Assembly (NCBI GenBank): GCA_028700625.1 | Contig: JAQVSI010000002.1 | Coordinates: 3,276 to 67,275 of the forward strand | Length of the DNA: 64,000 bases | Source of the DNA: Candidatus Shapirobacteria bacterium | GTDB lineage: Bacteria; Patescibacteriota; Microgenomatia; UBA12405 | Direction of reading: 5' to 3' | Shown here: positions 29,193 to 37,416 of the stretch, one piece after another | How positions within the stretch are numbered: the first letter of the stretch is position 1 | Layout of the letters: each line of letters starts with the position of its first letter | Made by a program: the position numbers and the translations under genes | The notes under the pieces: model-generated | What the model was told of the DNA's origin: nothing | The model's database searches: none | The model's input: only the letters and a program-made list of their open reading frames with translations

Positions 29193-30335
29193 TTATTTCA
29201 AATCTTTTTTCACTCTGTCTAAAATTATTTTTAGACTTTTTTCATTATTTTGAGCTTCCTTTTTAATTGTCTCTTTGAATTTATTTTTAAAATATTTTGG
29301 GTCATCCAAATATTGATATAAAAAATTAACCAACCTACCACTTTTTTCCCTAATCCAACCCAATTTTTTCTTTTTAATTAAATCAATATTCCCATCCTCC
29401 TGACCTCCAATATGAGTAATTGCCACAAAAGGTTTCTGACAAGCAACACAATCAAATAAAAAATTTGGACCCGCTTTTCCAAAAACAATATCACAAGCCC
29501 CAAGTACTTCAGCCATATTATCAATCCAACCCATATTTTTTATATAAACAATATCGTCTTTTCTTAGTCTTGCCAAAATCTTAATATAATTTTCCACCAT
29601 CCTATAAACAAATTTATCTGTTCCTGTATTAATCACAAAAGCCACTTTTTTCTTAATAAAAAGCAATGTTGGCAACAATTTAGTCAAAGAATTGGTTCCT
29701 AAACTACCTCCACCCACAAAAATAACCGGTCTATCATCATTAATTCCTAATTTTTTTCTCACTTCTTTTTTATTAAAGCTTTTATACATTTCAGGCCTTA
29801 CCCACCAACCAGTTTTAAAAATTTCATTTTCCTTAATATCATACTTCTTGGCAAAATTTACTCCCACTTCATCATAAACTATATTTAAGTCACACCCCTT
29901 AACAAAAGAAATTGGATTAATTGTCCAAGGATCTGCCACCACTGTCCATAATTTGAAATTTTTCTTTTCCTTTTTTCGCCAATTAACCAAACTGTGAGAG
30001 TGAAAAAAATAAGCTGAAATTATTAAATCTGGTTTTATCTTATTAATTTCTTTTTTTAATCTAGGTAAATTAAAAATAGAACTCTTATTTACCAAATCTC
30101 TAGCAAACTTTTTATCAAAAACTCGATGAGCCAATCTATTTGAGGCCGGTATATAACGATAAGCCAGTGTATATAGATCATCACCAAATCCAGTCTCTGC
30201 TTTTATCTCAGCATAAACTACTTCGTAATCATTTTCTTTTTCATTTTCTTTAAGATAATTAAAAATAGCTTTAGCTATTGATCTATGCCCCCAAGGCATA
30301 TGATCAGTTAATACAAGAATTTTTTTCTTATTCAT
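29193..30335 (-). CDS. MGDG-synthase-like glycosyltransferase (GT28)
   Basis: WGHRSIAKA, GGGSLG, KAGP, GQEDGN. Confidence 0.88.
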   Translation of the reverse strand: MNKKKILVLTDHMPWGHRSIAKAIFNYLKENEKENDYEVVYAEIKAETGFGDDLYTLAYRYIPASNRLAHRVFDKKFARDLVNKSSIFNLPRLKKEINKIKPDLIISAYFFHSHSLVNWRKKEKKNFKLWTVVADPWTINPISFVKGCDLNIVYDEVGVNFAKKYDIKENEIFKTGWWVRPEMYKSFNKKEVRKKLGINDDRPVIFVGGGSLGTNSLTKLLPTLLFIKKKVAFVINTGTDKFVYRMVENYIKILARLRKDDIVYIKNMGWIDNMAEVLGACDIVFGKAGPNFLFDCVACQKPFVAITHIGGQEDGNIDLIKKKKLGWIREKSGRLVNFLYQYLDDPKYFKNKFKETIKKEAQNNEKSLKIILDRVKKDLK

Positions 30336-30387
30336 GCTTTTATTTTACCTTAAAATTTTAAAAGTCATCTTGATATAATAACCTGTC

Positions 30388-30461
30388 GCCTGAGTAGCTC
30401 AGTTGGTTAGAGCACCAGTTTTGTAAACTGGTTGTCGTGAGTTCAAATCCCACCTCAGGCT
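30388..30461 (+). tRNA. tRNA-Thr(TGT)
   Basis: Cloverleaf; anticodon arm ccagt-ttTGTaa-actgg; one T-stem mismatch. Confidence 0.93.
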
Positions 30462-30486
30462 CATTTTTTGATAAAATACCAAACGT

Positions 30487-30559
30487 GCCCAGATAGCTCA
30501 GTTGGTAGAGCATCCCCTTGGTAAGGGGAAGGTCTTGGATTCGAGTTCCAATCTGGGCT
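30487..30559 (+). tRNA. tRNA-Thr(GGT)
   Basis: Cloverleaf; tcccc-ttGGTaa-gggga. Confidence 0.93.
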
Positions 30560-30573
30560 CAAAGGAGGGCATG

Positions 30574-30599
30574 CCCTCCGAAGCTTTAGCGAAGGAGGG
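30574..30599. repeat. 'GCTTTAGC' palindromic repeat (other copies 15776, 15963, 62544)
   Basis: ccctcc-gaagctttagcgaa-ggaggg. Confidence 0.82.
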
Positions 30600-30679
30600 G
30601 TGCTCCGAATGGTAAGGAACTTGTTTTGAAAACAAGCGTCAGCAATGACATGCAGGTTCAACTCCTGTCCCCTCCGCCA
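30594..30679 (+). tRNA. tRNA-Ser(TGA)
   Basis: cttgt-ttTGAaa-acaag, long variable arm, encoded GCCA end. Confidence 0.93.
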
Positions 30680-30700
30680 AAATATTGCTAAACTTATTTA

Positions 30701-31045
30701 GTGACCAAAATTAGAATTACAATTTATTCCATTATTTTTATTTTTCTTTTAGCAGGTCTATCTATTTGTATTTTTAGTCTTACAAAAAATAACAATAAAA
30801 ATACTTCTGAAACTTCAGAAATTACACCCAGTCCTCTAATCGAAATCACTTGGGCAGAGGCAGTAGATCTTGTTCAAAATTGTCAAATTAAATCCGTATT
30901 TCAAAAACATGATTTAACGGTCACTTTAACTGATAAAAACAATCAGGTTTTTAAAACACTTGAACCAAATATTGATGACATTTTCAACGAAACAAACCAT
31001 CTTCGATCCGATTGTAATGACACAATTCAAACCATCACTGAATAA
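30701..31045 (+). CDS. Membrane-anchored hypothetical protein
   Basis: N-terminal TM; WAEAVDLVQNCQI..QKH..EP. Confidence 0.7.
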   Translation: MTKIRITIYSIIFIFLLAGLSICIFSLTKNNNKNTSETSEITPSPLIEITWAEAVDLVQNCQIKSVFQKHDLTVTLTDKNNQVFKTLEPNIDDIFNETNHLRSDCNDTIQTITE

Positions 31046-31117
31046 AAAAGTGATAAAATATATATAGATAAGAATTAATAGCTTTTTTAAAATTACAAGT
31101 TAAATAAGGAGATCTTT

Positions 31118-31438
31118 ATGAATATACAGATCAACGGTGTTAACTTAAAAGTTTCTGCAACAGTCAAGGCTATTATTAAAAATAATCTTGTCCGCAAGCT
31201 CGATCAGCTCTTAGTCAATTTTAATGAAGAAATAAAGACTGGCTTTGTTCACCTCGAAAAAGACAAATACAAACATTTTCATGCTAAGTTTGATATGGCT
31301 CTTCCTGGGCAAGATGGTCATCTTTTTGCCAAAAGCGAGAACATCGAATTGGTTTCCGCCATAGTTAATATAAGGGAGCAATTAGAAAAGCAAATTAAAA
31401 AATACAAGCAAGACAAGGTAAATTACAGTCTTGGATAA
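31118..31438 (+). CDS. Ribosome hibernation factor (HPF/RaiA family)
   Basis: MNIQINGVNLKVS, LEKQIKKYK; SD AAGGAG. Confidence 0.85.
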   Translation: MNIQINGVNLKVSATVKAIIKNNLVRKLDQLLVNFNEEIKTGFVHLEKDKYKHFHAKFDMALPGQDGHLFAKSENIELVSAIVNIREQLEKQIKKYKQDKVNYSLG

Positions 31439-31465
31439 ATTAAATAAACTTGATAAACTACCAAC

Positions 31466-31645
31466 ATGGCTAAATCTAAAAAAACACCTCGTATTTTAAT
31501 CGCCCTAGTTTGTTCGGTCTGTGGCGCTCAAAATTATTTAACTGAAAAAAATAAAACCAATACTCCTGACAAGCTAAAATTTGTCAAATACTGTCGTTGG
31601 TGCAAGAAAAAAACCGAGCATAAAGAATCAGCTAAATTAAAATAA
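31466..31645 (+). CDS. rpmG: 50S ribosomal protein L33 (Zn-ligand type)
   Basis: Manual translation LVCSVC..NYLTEKNK..KYCRWCKKKTEHKE; 59 aa, missed by the ORF track. Confidence 0.95.
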   Translation: MAKSKKTPRILIALVCSVCGAQNYLTEKNKTNTPDKLKFVKYCRWCKKKTEHKESAKLK

Positions 31646-31669
31646 ATAGAGTTTGTAATATAATTAGTT

Positions 31670-31825
31670 ATGAGTCGATCATCACAAAAGCCAAAAAATG
31701 ACAATCGGTCAACAGTTATTAAAGGTTTTGTTAAACCAGAAATACCAAACTTCCCCGGAAATAAATCACCCGTAAACTTTAAACCAAACTCTCGTTTGGG
31801 AACCATCAACCGCGGTCGTCGTTAA
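31670..31825 (+). CDS. 51-aa basic small protein
   Basis: MSRSSQKPKNDNRSTVIKGFVKPEIPNFPGNKSPVNFKPNSRLGTINRGRR; TATAAT just upstream. Confidence 0.55.
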   Translation: MSRSSQKPKNDNRSTVIKGFVKPEIPNFPGNKSPVNFKPNSRLGTINRGRR

Positions 31826-32160
31826 GCTTTAATTATATCTCGAATCAATTTATCAATCCAATATAATTTTTGGACCCCATTTTCCAATTTAAAATAATGG
31901 AAAATATAAGGCACTAATAAAACTAAAAGTAATCCATCAATCACTAATAAAATTGGTTGCGGATAAATTAACGTAAACATCATCACTACTATAAATTTAA
32001 TTGCAAAAGCTAAAGTCACAAGTAAATGAATCAATCTTTCATGCTGTAAAAATTTTATTGTCTCTCGATGATGTTTTAAAACACTTTCCCAATTTTCTTT
32101 TTTACTACCTTCCAATTTTTGATTAATTTCGCCCAAATATTTGTTTAAAAAATTTATCAT
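31822..32160 (-). CDS. Conserved-looking membrane protein
   Basis: QHERLIHLLVT..YIFHYFKLENGVQKLY. Confidence 0.75.
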   Translation of the reverse strand: MINFLNKYLGEINQKLEGSKKENWESVLKHHRETIKFLQHERLIHLLVTLAFAIKFIVVMMFTLIYPQPILLVIDGLLLVLLVPYIFHYFKLENGVQKLYWIDKLIRDIIKA

Positions 32161-32162
32161 AT

Positions 32163-32654
32163 TTATTTTTTCTTGGTGTATTCTTGCACTTCATCGTGGA
32201 CAAATTCCAACTTAATCCCCACTTTTTTAAACATTTTTTCTGTTTCCTCACCAGCGTGATATTTTCTTTCACAAACCACCCTCACAATTCCACAATTAAT
32301 TAATAACATGGCACAGGTTCTACATGGGGTCATTCTACAATAAACAGTAGCTCCATCAACTGAAACTCCCAGTTTTGCTGCCTGACAAAGTGCATTTTGC
32401 TCAGCATGGACCGTTCTTACACAATGTTCTGAAACACTTCCATCTTCATTCAACATTTTTTTAAACTGGTGACCAACTTCATCACAATGATCCAAACCTT
32501 TTGGAGAACCCACATAACCAGTCACCAAAATTTGTTTGTTTCTCACAATAACACATCCACTCTTTCCCCTGTCGCAAGTAGCTCTTTTAGAAATTGCTTC
32601 CATCACTTCCATAAAATATTCATCCCAACTTGGTCTTTTATTTAATTTGGTCAT
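32163..32654 (-). CDS. dCMP deaminase family protein
   Basis: RPSWDEYFM, HAEQNA, PCRTC. Confidence 0.93.
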   Translation of the reverse strand: MTKLNKRPSWDEYFMEVMEAISKRATCDRGKSGCVIVRNKQILVTGYVGSPKGLDHCDEVGHQFKKMLNEDGSVSEHCVRTVHAEQNALCQAAKLGVSVDGATVYCRMTPCRTCAMLLINCGIVRVVCERKYHAGEETEKMFKKVGIKLEFVHDEVQEYTKKK

Positions 32655-33192
32655 AAATTTCCTCAATTTGTTGATTTAAATAATTAATATCTTTGTTATT
32701 TGTGATTGTAAAGTCCGCCATTTCTATACACTTTTTTAAATTTTGTTTATTTGGGTCATCTGATGTCATTTCCCTTTCCTCATCAGCCAAAAATTTTTCA
32801 AAAGAAATATTATCAGTTGAACTTAACCTATTAGTTATCCTTTCGTATCTAATTTTGGGATCTGCATCTACTGCCAACAAAATAAAATTACCCTTTTGTT
32901 TTAAAGATTCCACTTCTCCTTGTGTTCTTAAACTTTCGATAATACAGTCATTTCCAGATTCTAAGGCTCTTTTAAACAATTCATCAGCTACAAAACTTGG
33001 ACTATTTTTTTGTCTTAAATCATTAGCTACTGCAACCATATTGTCTCGATTATTTTCTAGACCTCTTTTTTCAATTTCTTCAACCAAAAAAGCCCTAGCT
33101 GAAAAATGTTTAAATCCTTTTTTACCAACTAAATATTCAACAATAGTTCCTTTTCCTGCTCCTATTGTTCCTGTAATGCCAATTATTATCAT
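32638..33192 (-). CDS. P-loop nucleotide / dephospho-CoA kinase-like protein
   Basis: IIGITGTIGAGKGT, VDADPKIRYER. Confidence 0.82.
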   Translation of the reverse strand: MIIIGITGTIGAGKGTIVEYLVGKKGFKHFSARAFLVEEIEKRGLENNRDNMVAVANDLRQKNSPSFVADELFKRALESGNDCIIESLRTQGEVESLKQKGNFILLAVDADPKIRYERITNRLSSTDNISFEKFLADEEREMTSDDPNKQNLKKCIEMADFTITNNKDINYLNQQIEEIYDQIK

Positions 33193-33242
33193 TTAAACCA
33201 ATTTATCACCAAATCAGCTTCAAAACAATCTATCATTTTGTG

Positions 33243-33314
33243 CAGGCCCATGAGGATTCGAACCTCAAATGGAGATTTTGGAGATCCCAGTGATAACCAT
33301 TTCACTATGGGCCT
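33243..33314 (-). tRNA. tRNA-Trp(CCA)
   Basis: Minus-strand cloverleaf; gggat-ctCCAaa-atctc. Confidence 0.92.
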
Positions 33315-33343
33315 AAGTTTGAGATTTAATATTCTACCAAATT

Positions 33344-33754
33344 TTACTTAATTTGGCTTAAATCACCATTAATTATAATTGGACAAAAACCACCTATCTC
33401 ATCTTTTAAAATGCCTTCAGGAATCTGATTATATAAAAATATTTTTTTATTTAATCTAAAAGCATCATACATTTCCAAAAAAGTCGCTCCGCCAATATAA
33501 TTTTTGTAATCATCTTTATCAAAGTTTAAAACCAAAACCGCATCATTTTTACTAACAGAATCAACACTTTTTCTAAGCATTGTTGCTTTCCATTCAGCTC
33601 TTTCTTTTTCTCCTAAAGAACGAAAACTATCCTCAATATCAGTTTTGGGATATGTATTAGGAAAAGTTAATTTATGACCTAATTTTTCCAATTCTTTTTG
33701 AATAGGTGGAATCAAAGGATAAAATCTCTTACTACAAATTATAAAGATTTTCAT
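33344..33754 (-). CDS. Nucleoside-deoxyribosyltransferase-like fold protein
   Basis: MKIFIICS, DAVLVLN, YIGGATFLEM; true start lies downstream of tRNA-Ala. Confidence 0.7.
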   Translation of the reverse strand: MKIFIICSKRFYPLIPPIQKELEKLGHKLTFPNTYPKTDIEDSFRSLGEKERAEWKATMLRKSVDSVSKNDAVLVLNFDKDDYKNYIGGATFLEMYDAFRLNKKIFLYNQIPEGILKDEIGGFCPIIINGDLSQIK

Positions 33755-33756
33755 AG

Positions 33757-33829
33757 TGGACCCAAGGGGACTCGAACCCCTGACCTTCCCCATGCCATGG
33801 GGACGCGCTACCAACGACGCTATGGGCCC
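33757..33829 (-). tRNA. tRNA-Ala(GGC)
   Basis: Minus-strand cloverleaf; tcccc-atGGCat-gggga; G3-U70 pair. Confidence 0.93.
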
Positions 33830-33880
33830 TTCAATGTTTCTTATTTTATCAAATTTTCTTTTGTGTTAACATTAGCTCGT

Positions 33881-34765
33881 ATGACCAATATAACTAAAGC
33901 CGTCATTGCCGCCGCTGGCCGAGGCACTCGTTTTCTTCCTGTTGTTAAATCTTATCCAAAAGAGCTAGTCCCTATTCTTTCTAAACCTAATATTCAATAT
34001 TTAATCGAAGAAGCCATTGGTGCTGGGATTACAGAAATTGTTATTATCCACAGATTAGGTGAAAATTCAATTGAAAAATATTTCTCTCCAGATCAAGATC
34101 TAGAAAATTATTTAATTCAAAATAATAAACTCGAATATCTCGACAGTTTAAAAAATATATGGTCCAAAGTTAAGCTAACTTTTATTCCTCAACCAGCCAA
34201 TCTTCCTTATGGTAATGGCTCCCCTGTTCTTGCCGCCAAAGAATTCATCGGTACCGACGACTTCGTTTATATGTTTGGCGACGATCTAACTGTCGAGCCT
34301 GTTGCTGGTCAATTTTTATCCAAAATGATCGCCACTTTTGCTCAATACCAACCAGCTTCAGTTATTGCTGTTAAAGATGTTGGTAAAGAAGAAATTTCTC
34401 GTTATGGTTCAGCTCAATATATTGAAGATCCAAATTACCCTCATCGAATCTCTGCGATGCTTGAAAAACTCCCAGCCAATCAAGCCCCATCAACTTTCGG
34501 TCAGGGTGGTCGTTTTGTTATTTCCAATAAGATAATTAGTATTCTAGAAAATCAATCAACCGGTCTTGGTAATGAACTTTGGTTAGCTGATGCTCAAAAC
34601 AACATGGCCAAAAACGATATTGTTCTTACTCAAGCTTTTGAAGGTGAAGAAGATTGGATGACCACCGGCGATCCTCTTCGTTGGCTTGAAGCCAATATTG
34701 CCGTCGCTCTTCAAAACCCTCAATTCAAAGACGATTTAACTCAATTTATTAACAATTTAAAATAA
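33881..34765 (+). CDS. GalU-like sugar-phosphate nucleotidyltransferase, paralog 1
   Basis: KAVIAAAGRGTRFLP..PKE; start moved to MTNITK. Confidence 0.88.
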   Translation: MTNITKAVIAAAGRGTRFLPVVKSYPKELVPILSKPNIQYLIEEAIGAGITEIVIIHRLGENSIEKYFSPDQDLENYLIQNNKLEYLDSLKNIWSKVKLTFIPQPANLPYGNGSPVLAAKEFIGTDDFVYMFGDDLTVEPVAGQFLSKMIATFAQYQPASVIAVKDVGKEEISRYGSAQYIEDPNYPHRISAMLEKLPANQAPSTFGQGGRFVISNKIISILENQSTGLGNELWLADAQNNMAKNDIVLTQAFEGEEDWMTTGDPLRWLEANIAVALQNPQFKDDLTQFINNLK

Positions 34766-34770
34766 TTAAA

Positions 34771-34852
34771 AAATCGAAATCACAATTTTTTGCAATATCG
34801 AACGTGCTACGCACATTCGCCAATTGTAAAAATTTCCGTGATGAGAATTTTT
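34771..34852. repeat. ~80-nt structured hairpin repeat, copy 2 of 3
   Basis: Same core GAACGTGC.AC.CACATTC with compensatory stem changes. Confidence 0.8.
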
Positions 34853-34873
34853 AATTAAATTTAAAATAAAAAA

Positions 34874-35749
34874 ATGATTAAAAAAGCTGTAATTGCTGCC
34901 GCTGGAAGAGGAACTCGATTCTTACCAGTCGTCAAGGCCTATCCAAAAGAACTAGTCCCTATTCTTTCTAAACCTAATATTCAATATTTAATCGAAGAAG
35001 CCATTGGTGCTGGTATTACTGATATTGCCATCGTGATTCGCTCTGGTGAAACTAAAATTCAAAACTATTTTTCGGAAGATGTTAATCTAGAAAAATATCT
35101 TCTAGAAAACAACAAAATTGAGTATCTAGACAGCCTTAAATCGATTTGGTCCAAGGCTAAGCTCAGTTTCATCGTTCAACCAGAAAATCTACCCTATGGA
35201 ACTGGTTCCCCTCTTTTAGCCGCCAAAGAATTTGTCGGCTCCGATCCTTTTGTCTATATGTATGGCGATGATCTAACAATTGAACCTAATGCTGGTCAAT
35301 TTTTATCAAAAATGATCGCCACTTTTGAAAAATACCAAGCCAGTGAAGTTATTGCTGTCAAAGATGTCGGCATTGAAGAAATTAACAGATATGGCTCTGC
35401 TCAATACATAAATGATCCAAATTATCCAAACCGAATTTCTGCCATGCTTGAAAAACTACCAGCCTCAGAGGCCCCTTCAACTTTTGCCCAAGGCGGTCGT
35501 TTTGTGGTTACTTCCAAGATTTTTGCCATTTTAGAGCAACAAGGTCTTTCTCGTGACGGCGAACTTTGGTTTTCAGATGCCAGCAATACCCTAGCCAAAA
35601 CAGAAATAGTCCTAACTGAAAGTTTTAGTAAAGACGAAAATTGGATAACCACTGGCGATCCTCTCCGTTGGCTCAAAGCCAATATTACCCTCGCTCTTCA
35701 AGACCCAAACCTAAAAGACAACTTTCTTAAATATCTACAATTCCTTTAA
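34874..35749 (+). CDS. GalU-like sugar-phosphate nucleotidyltransferase, paralog 2
   Basis: Same motifs; tandem paralog. Confidence 0.88.
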   Translation: MIKKAVIAAAGRGTRFLPVVKAYPKELVPILSKPNIQYLIEEAIGAGITDIAIVIRSGETKIQNYFSEDVNLEKYLLENNKIEYLDSLKSIWSKAKLSFIVQPENLPYGTGSPLLAAKEFVGSDPFVYMYGDDLTIEPNAGQFLSKMIATFEKYQASEVIAVKDVGIEEINRYGSAQYINDPNYPNRISAMLEKLPASEAPSTFAQGGRFVVTSKIFAILEQQGLSRDGELWFSDASNTLAKTEIVLTESFSKDENWITTGDPLRWLKANITLALQDPNLKDNFLKYLQFL

Positions 35750-35751
35750 CT

Positions 35752-35794
35752 AAAACCCTCCGCCCTTCGGGCACCTCCCTTGACAGGGCGGCTT
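35752..35794. repeat. Nested-hairpin 'TCAAGG' palindromic repeat
   Basis: 42/43 identical to 49270-49312. Confidence 0.88.
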
Positions 35795-35907
35795 ACATAT
35801 TAAAAACATATTTTTATATAAAATATTTCTCCCTATAGTTAATTTATTATTGATACTTAGTTTTAAAAACAGCCTTGTTTGTGCCTATTTTTTACTAAAC
35901 TTACTTA

Positions 35908-35936
35908 TTGACAAGGACCTATAATAGATATATAAT
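35908..35936 (+). promoter_or_regulatory. Consensus sigma70 promoter
   Basis: TTGACA-17 nt-TATAAT. Confidence 0.85.
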
Positions 35937-35941
35937 GATAT

Positions 35942-36088
35942 TAGAATTAATAAAATAATTCGAACTTTTAAAAATAAACTTAGTTTAAAGACAAAGGAGA
36001 GATTTGGAGTGTGGCTCCTCTAGAGTTTCGCACCCCGCTTCTCCTTTGACTTTAAATATTAAAGCTCCGCTACTGCGGGGCTTTTTTA
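35942..36088 (+). ncRNA. Candidate stand-alone hairpin sRNA (~145 nt)
   Basis: Own promoter, long stem 35984-36000/36040-36056, terminator, no credible ORF. Confidence 0.55.
36061..36088 (+). terminator. Intrinsic terminator
   Basis: aaagctccgc-tact-gcggggctttttt. Confidence 0.8.
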
Positions 36089-36095
36089 TGATCAC

Positions 36096-36184
36096 AAATC
36101 CCTCTAAATCTCCCTTTGACCTAAAGGGAGACTTTATTTTTATAACCCCTCCTTTAAGTCAAAGGAGGGGTAGGGGTGGATTTT
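36096..36184. repeat. Inverted doublet of 'TCAAGG' palindromic repeats (REPIN-like)
   Basis: tctccctttgacctaaagggaga plus cccctcctttaagtcaaaggagggg; similar doublet at 61582-61689. Confidence 0.8.
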
Positions 36185-36197
36185 ATATCCTATAACC

Positions 36198-36226
36198 TTG
36201 ACAAATAAGCACTTTTGCAGTACAAT
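36198..36226 (+). promoter_or_regulatory. Sigma70 promoter of orphan cassette 2
   Basis: TTGACA-17 nt-TACAAT. Confidence 0.82.
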
Positions 36227-36510
36227 ACATTCACAATAATCTTTATGATTATTATGGCGTTTAGTGAAAGCAGGCATTTGCGCTTACTTTCCCAAAACAC
36301 CGTTCTTTAAAAAATAGTTGTTATTTGGAAAGTCTATAAATTTTCTTTATATATCTTGTAATATGTACCATCTTGGGCTCAACTCTTGAACCTAAAATGG
36401 TACATATTAGTAAAAACAAGAGAAATAAGTGGCATTAAAACCGCTTTTTATAATATATAGAAGCATGGGAAACCAAAAGGTAGGCCCGCTTCGGAAAGGA
36501 GAAAACATGA

Positions 36511-37287
36511 ATGGCTACGAAACCGGCTAAAGAATGTCTTTATTGTCACTCAAAAACAAGAAACACAAAAGCCAATTTTTGTTGGAACTGCGGAAAACCG
36601 TACCAACAAAACATTAAACTAATGATAACCTATATAGGTTATCGGATACTAGGAGGTATCACTATGAAAGAAAGCAAAGCAAAATTACTAATAGACGAAG
36701 AAGAAATGGAAGAAGAAAGAAGAGAAAAAAAAATGAAAACATTAAAAATCATCCTTAGAATTTTTGGAGTAATCTTTTTGATTGCCCTCATTTTGCTTGC
36801 AGGTTGGTTCCTCAGAGGTTGTAAATCTATTAATGTAAATAGTCCAACCCCGACACCAACCATCGCTGTAACAGCCACCCCTACTCCAACACCTATTGCT
36901 GAAGGAAAAAGTGAACAAACAGACGCCAACACCGTTCGTTTATTCATCTTAAACCCAACAGCATCACCGCAAACACAAATCGGACATCCGTCAATTTATG
37001 TTGAAACACACGTTTCAGGAAATCCGATTAAATATGTTTTCGATATTCCACAAGAATACGTTGGCATCGTCGGTGGCTATAATGTTGACGGAGTAGACAA
37101 AGGTGTATACAAAGCTTTTGGCCCTGGTCATTACGAAATCGTCGTCACTGACGGATTTGGTCTTATTACTAATGACAATTGGGCTCAAGCCGAGTTCGAA
37201 TTCCGTATCCAACAGGCCATTGATTATAAGTGGGCACATGCTCATATTATTCCTGGCCCTCTTGTAGACCCAACAATCACCAAATAA
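36511..37287 (+). CDS. Zinc-ribbon plus membrane-anchored PT-linker protein (possible internal start at 36664)
   Basis: CLYC..CWNCG, TM, PTPTPT linker; SD at both starts. Confidence 0.75.
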   Translation: MATKPAKECLYCHSKTRNTKANFCWNCGKPYQQNIKLMITYIGYRILGGITMKESKAKLLIDEEEMEEERREKKMKTLKIILRIFGVIFLIALILLAGWFLRGCKSINVNSPTPTPTIAVTATPTPTPIAEGKSEQTDANTVRLFILNPTASPQTQIGHPSIYVETHVSGNPIKYVFDIPQEYVGIVGGYNVDGVDKGVYKAFGPGHYEIVVTDGFGLITNDNWAQAEFEFRIQQAIDYKWAHAHIIPGPLVDPTITK

Positions 37288-37356
37288 CAACTATCCGGCT
37301 GGAAGAAAGCTCTTTATTTAGCATTTATTTGCTACTTAAAACTTTCTTACCAGCCC

Positions 37357-37405
37357 CGATCATCCGATGCGTGTCGGATCTGATGAGTCCAAAAGGACGA
37401 AATCG
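37357..37405 (+). ncRNA. Type III hammerhead ribozyme
   Basis: cgAUC, stem I atccga/tcggat, CUGAUGA, stem II gtcc-aaaa-ggac, GAAA, ucg closing stem III. Confidence 0.9.
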
Positions 37406-37416
37406 AAAAGAATACT

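Noticed and set aside
30461-30661. 66-aa minus-strand ORF
   Set aside because: Antisense to the tRNA cluster
30594-30679. tRNA with TGA anticodon considered as a stop-codon or selenocysteine tRNA
   Set aside because: Anticodon UGA reads UCA (Ser), and TGA ends ORFs normally here
33698-33880. N-terminal extensions of ORFs 33698..34765 and 33344..33814
   Set aside because: They overlap tRNA-Ala; better starts are 33881 and 33754
36004-36195. 63-aa ORF
   Set aside because: Runs through a hairpin, a terminator and a repeat doublet; probably spurious
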